A DNA stretch of 64,000 nucleotides, from the NCBI RefSeq assembly GCF_963921235.1, contig NC_086097.1:92878001-92942000 (forward strand), read 5' to 3'. The notes beneath the pieces were generated by a model. That model saw nothing but the letters and a program-made list of their open reading frames with translations. It was not told where the DNA came from and ran no database searches. Positions 49,401 through 61,989 of this stretch are shown here, piece after piece; the first letter of the stretch is position 1; every line of letters begins with the position of its first letter. Origin of the DNA: Mobula hypostoma. Taxonomy: Eukaryota. The position numbers and the translations under genes were made by a program.

Positions 49401-49439
49401 GTATAGAGGAGCGAGATTGGTACCACAACAACTGATCTT

Positions 49440-51200
49440 TAAAGGAACCTATTCTCTCCCTAGCCTCCTTATTTTACTCTTAATAAACCCATAGAATTTC
49501 TTGGGATTTTGCTTTACCTTGCCTGTCAGATCCTTCTGATAGTCTCAGTTCCCAAATGCAGTGTCTGTCTCCCTATTTAACTAGAACTTCAATATCTTTT
49601 GTCAACCAGGGTTCTCTAAATCTGCCAGCCTCGCCCTTCACCCTCCCAAGAACATGCAGGTTTGAACTTGTGACATCACACTGCAGTACAAAGCCCTCCC
49701 ACTTGGCAGATACACTATCCCCTGCAAATGATCTCACACGGCAAGATCCTGCCAAATGGCTCCAAAATTTGCTCTGCCCCAGGTGGGATTTTAACCTGTG
49801 TGCCAGCCACATCCTTCACCGTAATCAAAAAGGTCTTTATTTCCTGCGGACCATCAAGAAAGTTCACCTCTGTCCCAGGTTACTGACGGACTTTTACTGC
49901 TGTACCACTGAGAGCATACTCACCAACTGCATCTGAATGTGGTATGGCAATTGTCCCGTATCAGACCACAAAGCACTCCAGCGTGTGGTAAGAACTGCCC
50001 AGCGGATTATCGGCACCCGATTGCCCACCATTGAGAACATCTACCATAAACGCTGCCTGGGCAGGGCGAAAAGCATTATCAAGGATGCGTCTCACCCTAA
50101 CCCCCTAACCATAGACTTTTTACTCTCCTCCCATCTGGTAGGTGCTACAGGAGCCTCCACTCCTGCACCAGCAGGCACAGGAAGAGCTTCTTCCCTGAGG
50201 CTGTGACCCTGCTGAATCTCACATCACAATGCTAAGCAGAATTGCACCCATATTGTACTGCCTCAGTACTTTTATATTTGTGTGCTGTAGCACTTACTTT
50301 TTATTTGCAGTTATTTTGTAAAAAACACTATTCTTTGCATTTCTGGTCAGATGCTAACTGCATTTCATTGGCTTTGTGTCTGTACTTGGCACAATGACAA
50401 TAAGGTTGAATCTAATCTAATCTAATCTAATTTTAAAGTGAATATAATTATGGTCACTGGTCCCTAAGTGCTCGTTGACAGACACTTCAACCATTTGCCT
50501 AACCTTGTCTCCCAGGAGGAGATCCAGTTTTGCACCCCCTTTAGCAGGTATCCCTTTTTATTGATCAAGGAAATTTTCTTGGACACATTTCACAAGTTTC
50601 TTTCCGTCCAAGCCTTTCAAACAATGGTTAGTCCAGTCAATATTAATTCTATCCTCTGGTGTTTACAACGAGCTAAAACCTCTCTACTTATCTGCTTCTC
50701 CAATTCCCACTAACGATCAGGGGAGGCGGGGGGGGGGGGCTGTTGTACAATCCCATCAGAGTAATCACCTCCTTTCTATGTCTATCTTCTGCTCATATGG
50801 CCTCACTGGGTGATCCTTCAAAATTACCCTTTCTAATGACTATTGCTATGTCCTCTTCCATCCGGAAGACAATCTTCTGTCCTCAGTCACAACTGGAGCA
50901 CTTGTATCCTGGGACACTGGGCTGCCATTCCTGCCCTTCCCAGCCATGTTTAGATTATGGTGATGCCATCCCAGTCACCTGAGCCAATCCATGCCCTGAG
51001 TTCATCTGACTTACCTGTCAAACCTCTTGTATTGATATAAATGCAGTTTAAACTAATCGTCTTTCCTCTCCTTTTACTGTACTTCTGTCTATCCTAACGA
51101 CTACACTTGCTTTTGTTAGCGAGAGTATTGTCCCCTGATTTCTCATCAGCCATTTGTTTTGCTCAAGGCCCCACCCCCTGCCACTTGACCTTAAACCTTC
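49440..51200 (-). mobile_element. Old CR1 endonuclease/linker fragment interrupted by Rex1
   Basis: REPWLTKDIEVLVK; GTACAATCCCATCAG and ATAAATGCAGTT match the CR1 at ~17000. Confidence 0.55.
49805..50430 (+). mobile_element. Rex1/Babar 3' fragment
   Basis: LYFLRTIKK..CTTESILTNCI..WYGNC..LQRVVRTAQRII; (AATCT)n tail. Confidence 0.9.
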
Positions 51201-51834
51201 CTGACATTAACGTCTTGCTTCAGCAATGTGAGGTACACATCTGCTTCGAGCAGGCTTCAGTCACACCGGTGCACAGGGACCTGGTAACCTGCCTCAATGA
51301 TTATCATCCAGGAGCATTTACATTCACTGTGACAAAGTGCTTGAGAAGTTGGTCATGAGGCATATCAACTCCTGCCTGAGGAGTGACTTCGCTCCACTCC
51401 AATTTGCATACAGATGCCATTTCATTGGCTCTTCACTCAACTCTGGAACATCTGGACAGTGAAGATGCATTCATCAGGATGCTCTTCATTAATTACAGCT
51501 TAACATTCAACATTTTTATCCACTCAAAATATCTCCTTGAGTAACTGGATCCTCGATTTCTTCACTTGCAGACCCCCAGTCAGTTCAGATTGGCAACAAG
51601 ATTTCCTCCACAATCACCATCGGCACAGAGGCATCATAAGGCTGCTTGCTTAGCCCCTGCTCTACTGGCTTTACACTTATATCTGCGAGACTAAGTACAT
51701 CTTCAAAGCCATATTTAAGTATGCTGATGCCACCACTGCTATTGGTTGAATCAAGAGCTCATTGGCTCAATGGTTCCATTTAATATTAAAGAATGTGTAC
51801 AATAAACAACCTGAAATTCTCACTGTTTTCTTAC

Positions 51835-52010
51835 TGTTGTGCCTTTGCAACTACATATCAATTAAATAAAAGCATGGCACAGGAGATGCTTGAACTTGTG
51901 TATTCACATTGCAGCGAGAGATAGCGTGCATTGATCAATACATAGTACAGGGAGGGGAGATCACTGTTCTAAAAGAAATAGATCCATACATTACACTGCC
52001 TCCCCCTTAG
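51835..52010 (-). repeat. Gypsy 3' LTR (~51835-51995) with polypurine tract
   Basis: Minus strand CTAAGGGGGAGGCAG directly precedes TGTAATG; the LTR probably ends ACAACA at 51835. Confidence 0.65.
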
Positions 52011-55000
52011 ATTAATGCAACATAAAACTGTATATGTACAGAACATTCAATTTCCCTTTTATAAACCCATATTCCAAATAGGCACGCTTTCACATTAACA
52101 GTCCATCACTAAGTTCACAGTTCTGAAGATTCAGTCTTTTGGGTGGCTTTCTGTTTCTTTCAGGATTGTGCCTCTGGACCTGTGGAGTGCCATCAGCTTT
52201 GGTAAGTGTCTTGTCTAAGACAACATTTGGTTGCCAGTGTCACTTTGGTGTCAGTGACATGATCATCACTGAGAGGAAAGTCTGGTAGCTGTAATGTGTC
52301 CGTCTTGCTGGATGCAGTCGACTCAGGTGTGTTCTTCAGTTGAGCATCCCATATCTGGTCCACATGACGTCTCCATGTTTGATCTCCAACACTGTGTACC
52401 CCAGTGGTCCAGTTCTCGTAGCAATCCTACTGGGTGACCATCTACCTTCTCTGTAGTCATGCACTAGGACTTCCTGTCCAACCTCAAACCTTCTTGCTGC
52501 ATCACCTAGCAACTGGCTGAACTGTTTATTCTGCAATTCCCTCCGTAGATCTAGTTTCAGGAGATCTATGCAACATCTCAGATTCCTGCTCATGAACAGC
52601 ATTGCAGGTGTTTGATTTGTTGTCGCATGAACCAAGTTCCGATACACAAAAGGAAGTTGTCCACCTTGTGCTGTAGAGAAATGTCCTCTTTGTTCTTAGC
52701 TTTAATGGACTTCGTGAAGGTTTGGATAAATTTTTCAGCTAACCCATTCATTGCTGTATGGTGAAGAGATGACTTGAAATGTCTGATGCCATTTTTCTTT
52801 GTGAATAGTCTGATTTCATCTGACGTGTAGTGTGATCTGTTATCACTCACAATTTGTTCTGGTAAGCCGTGTCTGGCGAAGATAGTCCTCAGAGCAGAGA
52901 CAGTCTTTGCTGCGGTGGTTGATTTCATTGGTATGACCTCCAGCCACTTTGAATGAGCATCCACAGCAATCAGAAACGTGGAGTCCATGAATAGCCCAGC
53001 AAAGTCAACATGCTCTCTTTGCCATGGTGATGACCACTCCCACAGGTGAAACAGTACCTGTGGGGATGCAGATTGAACTTTTTGCCGTCCCAAACAGCTT
53101 TTGGCCAAGTCTTCGATCTGTTTACCAATTCCTGGCCATCACACGTAGCTCTGGGCGAGCCTCTTCATCTTGACTGTAGCCAGGTGTTTATCATGCAGAT
53201 TTTCTAACACTCTGGTGTGCAGTTTAGAGGGAACTACAACACGAGATTCACACATCTGCGTTCTGCGGTCTTGTCTTGCTAAGAACTCTGGAAACCATGA
53301 GCTGGCCATCCTTGCATGGTGATGTCATAGACTTTTGACAATATCAGGACCTTCCTTGTTTCTCTTTGTATTTCTGAATTTATTACTGGCAACTGGTCCA
53401 CCAATACAATGTGGAACACTTCTGCTGGGTCACAGTATGAAGACTCTCTTCTTCAGTTGCCAGTAGTGGAAGACCTGACAAGCCATCAGCATTGCTGTGT
53501 TGTTTGGTACCCTTGAACTCTATGTCATAAGAGTGGGCTGCTAGGAACAGTGCTCAACATTGTAACTGGGTAGCAGTCATCACTGGAATTCCCTTCCTGG
53601 GATTGAAAATGGAAACAAGTGGCTGGTGATCTGTCACTAGCGTAAACTTTTGTCCATAGAGGTAGTGGTGGAACTTCTTTATTCCCCATACTAGACTAAG
53701 GGCCTCTCAGTCGATCTGTGTGTAGATGTGTGTCTACACTCATCACTGATCTTGACGCAAATGCAACTGGGTGTTCAGATCCGTTTTTCATAGCGTGCAT
53801 TAAAAGGGCTCCAATGCCATAAGGGGACACATCGTACACCAGTCTGATGGTCAGGGATGGGTCATAACGGGTGCAGAGTTCATCTGATGCTATTAGTCTC
53901 TTTGTTTCCTTGAATGTTTTTTCACATCTTTCTGACCATTCCCACTGTGCTCCTGTCTGTAACAGAGCATTCAATGGATGCAGCAGTGTAGCAATGTTTG
54001 AGAAAAACCGGTGGTAGTAGTTTACAAGACCTAAATATGACCTGAGTTGTGACACATTTTCCAGTTTGGGTGCCTGTAGCATTCTCTTCTCTTGTGACTT
54101 ATGTAAGCTGTACTTGTCAATATATTTCACTTTCGAAATCTCACATCTCTCTGTCTTTGCACGCAGACCATACTCACTCAGCCTGTAAGCACATTACCAA
54201 TGTTCTGGAGATGCTCTTCATCATTCTTGCCTGTCACAATGATGTCATCAAGGTAACACTGTGTTCCTGGGATATCCTGGAGCACTTGGTCCATTGCTCT
54301 TTGCCAAATTGCTGGAGCTGATGTGACGCTAAAGACAAGATGATTATACTGGAACAGTCTCTTGTGAGTGTTGATTGTAAGAAACTTCCTGCTTGACTCC
54401 TCAATCTCCACTTGCAGATAGGCTTATGACAAGTCAATCCTTGAAAACCTCTCCCCATCTGCCAAAGATGCAAAAATGTTTTCTATTTGTGGGCCAGGAG
54501 ATACTGCACTGTACGCAGCACCGGGTTGATGCTCACTTTGAAATCCCCACATATGGAAACAGCTCCCTTTCTTTATCACCAGAACAATAGACATGGCCCA
54601 ATTGCTCCACTCAACCCTGGAGAGAATTCCAGACACTTTCAAGCCCTGAAGTTCAGCATCCACTTTAGGACGTGGTGTGTAAGACACTGGACGCGTTTTA
54701 TGAAATCTTGGTGTTGCTGTTTCATCCAGTTCAATTCTGGCCTTCATGCCTTTGAGTTTACCAATCCCCTTCTCAAACCCTTCTCATTAGCGTTAAGCTG
54801 CTGTGACAGTCTCTGGTTAGTGCTAGCATTTGTGCTGTCTTTGCCTGCTGATGTCACACTGACAGCTTTGATTGAGTGCCAGTCTAGTTGGATTTTTCTC
54901 AACCATTCACATTCAAAAAGTGCTGGTCTTCTACTTTTCAACACAAAGCTCTAACTGCTGTGTTTGGCCTCCATACATCACATTTACTTTTAGTTTGCCT

Positions 55001-55268
55001 TTTAGAGACACTTTTTTTTGCCTGTGTAGTTATTTAGCATTACTGAGATCTTCTCTAATAGTATCTTAGAAAATAACCTGTTACGCTCAGCCTCTGGAAT
55101 TATAGACAAAGTTGACCCTGTGCAGCTCCATTTTCAGTTTTACACTAGACACATCCATTGTGATCCATATGATTTTGTGATCTGCTTCAGTTCTACTATG
55201 CAGTTCTAGTCATGACAGGTCACCTATGTTTTCTGATTCTGTTTCACATGCAGTCACTTTATACATTT

Positions 55269-56053
55269 AAAAATGTAAACACGAGGAAATCTGCAGATGC
55301 TGGAAATTCAAGCAACACACACAAAATGCTGGTGAATGCAGCAGGCCAGGCAGCATCTACAGGAAGAGGTACAGTCAACGTTTCATAGAAACATAGAAAC
55401 ATAGAAAATAGGTGCAGGAGTAGGCCATTCGGCCCTTCGAGCCTGCACCGCCATTTATTATGATCATGGCTGATCATCCAACTCAGAACCCCGCCCCAGC
55501 CTTCCCTCCATACCCCCTGACCCCTGTAGCCACAAGGGCCATATCTAACTCCCTCTTAAACATAGCCAATGAACTGGCCTCAACAGTTTGCTGTGGCAGA
55601 GAATTCCACAGATTCACCACTCTCTGTGTGAAGAAATTTTTCCTAATCTCGGTCCTAAAAGGCTTCCCCTCTATCCTCAAACTGTGACCCCTCGTTCTGG
55701 ACCTCCCCAACATCGGGAACAATCTTCCCGCATCTAGCCTGTCCAATCCCTTTAGGATCTTATACGTTTCAATCAGATCAGTTTCAGGCCGAGACCCTTC
55801 GTCAGGACTAACTGAAGAAAGAGATAGTAAGAGATTTGAAAGTGAGAGGGGAAGGGGGAGATCCAAAATGATAGGAGAAGACAGGAGGGGGAGGGATGGA
55901 GCCAAGAGCTGGACAGGTGATAGGCAAAAGGGATATGAGAGGATCATGGGACAGGAGGCCTAGGGAGAAAGAAAAGGGGGAGGGGAGCATCAAAGGAAGA
56001 TATAGTGAGAGGGACAGAGGGACAAAAAAGAGAGAGAGAAAAAAAGAGGGGGG

Positions 56054-56096
<43 letters not shown>

Positions 56097-57454
56097 ATAA
56101 ATAAATAAATAAATAAGGGATGGGGTATGAAGGGGAGGAGGGGCATTAACGTAAGTTAGAGAAGTCAATGTTTATGCCATCAGGTTGGAGGCTACCCAGA
56201 CGGAATATAAGGTGTTGTTCCTCTAACCTGAGTGTGGCTTCATCTTGACAGCAGAGGAGGCCATGGATAGGCATATCAGAATGGGAATGGGACATGGAAT
56301 TAAAATGTGTGGCCACTGGGAGATCCTGTTTTCTCTGGTGGACAGAGCGTAGGTGTTCAGCAAAGCGGTCTCCCAGTCTGCGTCAGGTCTTGCCAATATA
56401 TAGAAGGCCATATCGGGAGCACCGGACGCAGTATATCACCCCAGCCGACTCACAGGTGAAGTGTCGCCTCACCTGGAAGGACTGTCTGGGGCCCTGAATG
56501 GTGGTGAGGGAGGAAGTGTAAGGGCATGTGTAGCACTTGTTCCACTTACACGGATAAGTGCCAGGAGGGAGATCAGTGGGAAGGGATGGGGGGGATGAAT
56601 GGACAAGGGAGTCGTGTAGGGAGCGATCCCTGCGGAAAGCAGGAGGGGGGGGAGGGAAAGATGTGCTTAGTGGTGGGATCCCGTTGGAGGTGGCGGAAGT
56701 TACGGAGAATAATATGTTGGACCCGGAGGCTGGTGGGGTGGTAGGTGAGGACCAGGGGAACCCTATTCCTAGTGGGGCGGCGGGAGGATGGAGTGAGAGC
56801 AGTTGTGCATGCAATGGGAGAGATGCGTTTGAGAGCAGAGCTGATGGTGGAGGAAGGGAAGCCCCTTTCTTTAAAAAAGGAAGACATCTCCTTCGTCCTG
56901 GAATGAAAAGCCTCATCCTGAGAGCAGATGCAGCGGAGACGGAGGAATTGTGAGAAGGGGATGGCATTTTTGCAAGAGACAGGGTGAGAAGAGGAATAGT
57001 CCAGATAGCTGTGAGAGTCCATAGGCTTATAGTAGACATCAGTAGATAAGCTGTCTCCAGAGATAGAGACAGAAAGATCAAGAAAGGGAAGGGAGGTGTC
57101 AGAAACGGACCAGGTAAATTTGAGGGCAGGGTGAAAGTTGGAGGCAAAGTTAATGAAGTCAACGAGCTCAGCATGTGTGCAGGAAGCAGTGCGAATGTAG
57201 TCGTCAATGTCGCGAAGGAAAAGTGGGGGACAGATACCAGTATAGGCTTGGAACATGGACTGTTCCACAAAGCCAACAAAAAGGCAGGCATAGCTAGGAC
57301 CCATACGGGTGCCCATAGCTACACCTTTAGTTTGGAGGAAGTGGGAGGAGCCAAAGGAGAAATTATTAAGAGTAAGGACTAAATCCGCTAGATGGAGGAG
57401 AGTGGTGGTAGAGGGGACACTGGTTAGGTCTGGAATCCAAAAAGAAGCGGAGAG
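55269..57454 (-). mobile_element. 5'-truncated Neptune-type PLE inserted in Gypsy gag; 12-bp TSD
   Basis: Close relative of the 7229..10258 copy (QTKGVAMGTRMGPSYA, RDIDD, CKWNKCYTC, LLYIGKT); TSD CTTTATACATTT at 55257-55268 and 57455-57466. Confidence 0.93.
55386..55780 (-). mobile_element. Young CR1 3' fragment inserted into the PLE hammerhead; 6-bp TSD
   Basis: DLIETYKILKGLDRL..RTRGHSL..FFTQRVVNLWNSLP; (CATAGAAA)n tail; TSD GTTTCA at 55380-55385 and 55781-55786. Confidence 0.93.
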
Positions 57455-58294
57455 CTTTATACATTTGATTAGTTTTGTGTTTGAAACTTTTTGCTTTGAA
57501 ACTTGCACACTCTCTCCACGTAACTTTGTCTGTGACTTTTTCTTTGAACCAACGGTTATTTGCATCATGGGAGGATTTGCCACATTGATAACATTTTTGG
57601 CTTTTTGCACCATTCAGGGACATTTTGTGCATTTCGCATTCTAACCTCTTTTGCTGTGGTTCTGCTGCATCTTTTGCTGTAGTCTCTAACGATATTGCAA
57701 TGGTCAATGTCGTTCTAAGGTTTAGGCCTCTTTCTGCCAGTAACCTCTCTGAGTGTTATGACTATGCATGCCACATACAAGCCTGTCCCTGAAGGCATCA
57801 GAAAGTCTATCTCCAAATTCACAGTACTTGAAAAGTTTGTGCAGTTCTGTAATGTATTCAGAAATGTTTTCATCCTTTGACTGGTTCCTTTTGTAAAATC
57901 TAAATTTTCCAGCAATTACCAGCGGTTTAAGGCTCAAGTGATTTTGAAAAATTGTAACGATTTCGTGGGACGTCTTGTTTGCTGGCTTTTCAGGAGTTAC
58001 TGTGTTGCGTACTTTGTTCTTTGACCCATTAAGCTAAGAAGCGTGGGGGCTTTCTTTTGCTCCTCCACGTTGTTTGCTTTACAATACAGTTCCACCCTCT
58101 TGGTAAATGACTCCCAGCGCTATCAAATTCATCAACTCTCCCAACTGAATTTGTCAACACAATACTTTCACTTTAAGTGTTGCTAGTTGTGCATCTCTCA
58201 CTGTGTATGTACTGTGTTGTACTCACGCGTCCCTTTCTTAGCATCCGTGACAGCTTCTACACTCTTTAACTCTTTCCTCTCACTCTTAAATTGA

Positions 58295-58635
58295 GAGAGA
58301 GAGAGAGAGATCTCCCAAGTGCAGAGGCCTCCGACAGTCTCAATGTTCCGATTTCCTGCAATGCTTCAATTGGCGACACCAGCGGGGAGTCGAGTCATCC
58401 ACGAGGCCGCACACGTTCTCCAGGCCGCTCCTGGAGATATCAAATGTGGCCAACCATGGAGCTCTGAGAATGGGAGCCCACCACTGTAAAGAACTGCACT
58501 CTGAGTGCAGAGATCATGGACTCCAACAGGACCCCAACTACCTTAAAAAAGGAAAGAAGAGGCATTAGAGAGGAGAAGAATTTAGACTGTTTCGCAGATG
58601 GGCTGGGAGAAGTCGCCCCTGGCGCTGCCTTTAGT
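58295..58635 (-). mobile_element. 5' part of a non-coding retroposon whose tail lies at ~51756-51830
   Basis: Similarity to 40280..41010 at both ends; brackets the Gypsy element. Confidence 0.5.
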
Positions 58636-59322
58636 TCTGATGGTGATGAATAGGCATATGGCAGGGAGAATGAAAATCTGGTTGAATGGTGCCATACCAA
58701 CAATCTCTCACACAACGTCACCCAAACTAAAGAGCTGATTATGGACTCCAGGAGTAGGAAATCGGGGGTCCATGAGCGAGCCCTCGTTAGTGGATCAGAG
58801 GTGGAGGTGGTAGGTAACTTTAGGTTCCTTGGTGTTATCATTTCAGAGGATCTGTCTTGGGAGCAACATGAAAATGCCATTACAAAGAAGGCATGGCAAT
58901 GCCTTTACTTAGAAGTTGGCACAGATTCGGCATGTCGTCTAAAACTTTGACAGATTTCTATGGATGCACAATGGGGAGTACCCTGACTGGTTGCATCACA
59001 GCCTGGTGTGGAAAGACCAAAGCCCAAGAACAAGAAGCCTACAAAAGTAATGAATGCAACCCAATCCATCACAGGAAATGTCCTCCCCACCATTGAGCCC
59101 ATCTACAATGAGCACTGCCACAACAAAGCGGCAGCCATCATTTAGGACCTCCACCATCCAGGCCATGCTCCTTCCTCGCTGCTGCCACCAAAAGAGGAGC
59201 AGGAGCCTTAGGTCCCACGTCACCAGATTCAGGAACAGTTATCACCCTTCAACCATCAGGCTTTGGAACCAAAGGGGATAACTTCATCTACCTCCACACT
59301 GAAATGATTCCACAGCCTATGA

Positions 59323-59470
59323 CAAACAAGATACAATCTGCAGATGCTGGAAATCCGAGCAACACACACAAAATGCAGGACTGCCAAACAGTTTTGTCCC
59401 GAAACGTCGACTGTACTCTTTTCCATAGATGCTGCCTGGCCTGCTGAGCTCCTCCAGCATGTTGTGTGTG
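59323..59470. mobile_element. Fold-back solo PLE pLTR with ~15-bp TSD
   Basis: AACACACACAAAATGC ... GCATGTTGTGTGTGTT; half hammerhead CCGAAACGTCGACTG; TTCCACAGCCTATGA (59308-59322) / TTCCACAGTGTATGA (59471-59485). Confidence 0.8.
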
Positions 59471-59724
59471 TTCCACAGTGTATGAACTCACTTTGAAGAA
59501 CTTTACAGCTCACGTTGTCAGTATGATTGTTATTTACTTTTTTTTGTGTTTGCACATTTTGTCTTCTTTTGCACACTGGTTAATGGGCAGTCTTTGTGAG
59601 TAGATTTTAAGATATTTGATTGTACTTCTTCGTTCTACTGTGAATGCCTGGAAGGAAACGAATCATAGGGTAGTAGATGGTGTCATATACATACTTTGAT
59701 AATAAATTTACTTTGATATTTGAG

Positions 59725-60700
59725 TAGCACTGGCAAATCTCTCAGCCAGGACATTGGCTCCCCCCCGCTCCAGTTCAGGGACATCCCTTCTCTCTTGTAT
59801 AGTCACCTGTAGCCCAGAAGAGATCCCAATGATCCAAGAACTTGAATCCCTGCCTCCTGCACCATGTCTTCAGCTACACAGTCAGATGAGCTAACTTTCT
59901 GATACTGGGAGTAATCCAGAGATTAATACCCCTGAAGACCCACTTTTTTAATTCTTCTCCAATCTTCGTACGGATGTTTGTATTTTCACCGCAGAGGACA
60001 TCATTCTTTTCATTGGTACCAAGATACACCATGACCTTCGGCTGTTCACTCCTCCCCTTGAAAATGTCCTGCAACTGCTCCAAGCCGTCCTTGACCCTGG
60101 CACTCAGACTGCAGCGCGCCATCCTGGTATCTCTCTTGCGAGCACAGTATCTCCTGTTACCCTCCCCATCCCAGCTACCGAGTCTCCTACCTGCTGCCCG
60201 GCCTGTCTTCTCACTTACCTGCTGGGAATCAGGACTGGTCTCATTGCCACCAACCTGGCTACTGCTGATGACCCAGAAAGGGGTATACTTGGAACGGCCG
60301 CAGGGGGACCGTGCCCCGAGTTTCTCTACCCCTGACCTCTCCTACTGGTCACACAGCTGTCTGCAGCCTGCACTTTCTTAGGTGTCAACACCTCACTCAA
60401 GCTCCTGTCCATGTTGCTGTCAGCACCCCGGCTAATAAAAGTACATTCATCTTCTTTAATGCGATCGGCCAAGAGCTGCAGCTGACCGCACTTCCCACAG
60501 GTGTAATCCTCAAGTTTCCCTGATCTCCCTTCCCGTACCCTGCAGGAGGAATATACTACTGACCAAACTGCCACCCCAACTACCCTAATAGGGAACTCCT
60601 CAACTGGCCTTACCTGCTCTGATCTGCTCAGCCTCCTCTCACTGAAACCTCCTGAAGCAAAGCCTCAACACTTACACTCAACCACAGGACTTCCACCTCC
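59725..60700 (-). mobile_element. CR1 5' region: ORF1 zinc finger and SGNH esterase, decayed
   Basis: DYTCGKCGQLQLLADRIKE; SARVKD..EQPKVMVYLGTNE. Confidence 0.8.
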
Positions 60701-60759
60701 AAAATGGCTACTTTCCTCTTATGCCTGAGAAAAAAAGGAAACAGCTTTTAAAAGCATTC

Positions 60760-60885
60760 TGGCTTCTGCCCTGTCCCTTTCCATGCCTGATGAAGGGTCT
60801 CAGCATCCACAGGAGGGGAATAAACAGTTTTGGGCTGAGTTCCTCCAGCATTTGGTGTGTGTTGCACAATTTATAAGAATCTGCA
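60760..60885 (+). mobile_element. Rearranged PLE pLTR fragment (half hammerhead)
   Basis: CCTGATGAAGGGTCTCAGC, then an inverted piece, then GCTGAGTTCCTCCAGCATTT. Confidence 0.65.
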
Positions 60886-61122
60886 GGCCCCTCCCTTCTG
60901 TTCCTCTGGCATGTTTATTAATGCTACAGTGGAACCTTTTCATCCAAAGCCCTCTTTGCATAAACGTTTACCAGTTTCCCACCAAGGTATTGTGTTTTTC
61001 TATTCTCTAACCAATGAAAGGACCTTACATTTTTTCCCCCACAGCGTTCTCTGTTCTGTGACCTTTTCTCCCATTTGCTCGGCCTGTCCCTGTTCTTTTG
61101 GAGAATCTTCACACCTCCTAAC

Positions 61123-61421
61123 CTTTCACTCTGCCACTTGGTTTTGTGCCTTTTGCAAAGCTGGACAAGGTTATGCAGATGAACCAGGCTTAGCCAGGAG
61201 CTCTGTGGCAGGTCACTGCCAGCATCTGGTCAACTTGTTTGTTCTTATTCTTCATCATGCTGCAAAGTCGCACCCCTGGACTGGTGGTTGTAGTATAACT
61301 CGGTGGCTGGGGTACTGCAGAAGCTCCCCTGGACTCCAACAACCCTTCCACCCACCTGTCTATCAGGGCATTGTCTCTCTCTCACTGGTCCCATGGGAGT
61401 TTGAGTTCTTGGCCTCTGGAT
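61123..61421 (-). pseudogene. Two candidate exons: 61356-61421 (IQRPRTQTPMGPVRERQCPDRQ) and 61123-61160 (LCKRHKTKWQSE)
   Basis: CCCTGCTTCTCCTGCACAG acceptor with CAG|GTGGGT donor; CCTTGTCCAG acceptor with AG|GTTAGG donor; phases 0-0 and 0-2 chain into the 43678 exon. Confidence 0.25.
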
Positions 61422-61459
61422 CTGTGCAGGAGAAGCAGGGTGCAGAGGTAGACCACAAG

Positions 61460-61940
61460 ACATAGGAGTAGAATTAGGCCATCAGGTCCACCAAGTCAGC
61501 TCTGCTATTCTATCATGGCTGACTTATCATCTCTCTCACCTACTATCCTGCCTTTTCCCCATAACCTTTAATGTCCTTCCTAATTAAGAACCAATGACTT
61601 GGCCTCCACAGCCATCTGTGGTAATGAATTCCACAGATTCACTACACTCTGGCTAAAGAAATTCCTCCTCATCTCAATTCTAAAGGGATGTCCTTCTATA
61701 TTGAGGCTGCACCCTCTGGTCCAACACTCACCCATTATAGGAAACATCCTCTACACACCCACTCTATCTAGACCTTTCAACACTCGATACATTTCAATGA
61801 GAACCCCCTTATTCCTCTAAACTCCAGTGAGTACAGGCTCAGAGCCATTAAATGCTCTTCTCACATTAACCTTTTCATTCCTGGGATCATCCTTCTCTAT
61901 CTCCTCTGGATCATCTCCAATGCCAGCACATCCTTTCATC
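61460..61940 (-). mobile_element. CR1 3' fragment
   Basis: Same family as the 14452 copy (CATAGGAGTAGAATTAGGCC, GAATTCCACAGATTCAC). Confidence 0.85.
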
Positions 61941-61989
61941 GCAACCCCATTGGCTCAGGCTCCCTCAGGACTCTTCAATGCCTGCGATC

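Larger units (their letters stand above)
51835..58290 (-). mobile_element. Decayed Ty3/Gypsy LTR retrotransposon (gag, PR, RT, RNase H, integrase); 5' LTR not found
   Basis: gag FRFYKRNQ..FRDRLVCG, CYQCGK..H; RT FSRIDLS, APAIWQRAM, CYLDDII; LRSYLGLVNYY; DVSPYGIGA, PVAFASRS; integrase HVDFAG, VDAHSKW, GLPEQIVSDN, NGLAEKF. Confidence 0.93.
51205..59715 (+). mobile_element. Old Rex1/Babar LINE split by a ~6.9-kb nest (pieces ~51205-51755 and ~58640-59715)
   Basis: CLNDYHP..KYADATTAIG at the left break resumes as DGDE..NLVEWCHTNNL..TKELIMD at 58640; tail ATACTTTGATAATAAATTTACTTTG. Confidence 0.8.

Noticed and set aside
56059..56116. (GA)n and (ATAA)n microsatellites
   Set aside because: Ordinary slippage expansions within the PLE 3' region
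56573..57613. 346-aa ORF suggesting a Gypsy-Penelope fusion protein
   Set aside because: Accidental read-through across the insertion junction; the upstream part is out of the gag frame and the RT motif is mutated to DIDD
58371..58386. TGGCGACACCAGCGGG as the Gypsy primer-binding site
   Set aside because: Wrong strand for the minus-oriented element and no adjacent LTR copy
60857..61465. 202-aa plus-strand ORF
   Set aside because: Starts inside a pLTR remnant and has no recognisable motif; splice signals favour the opposite strand
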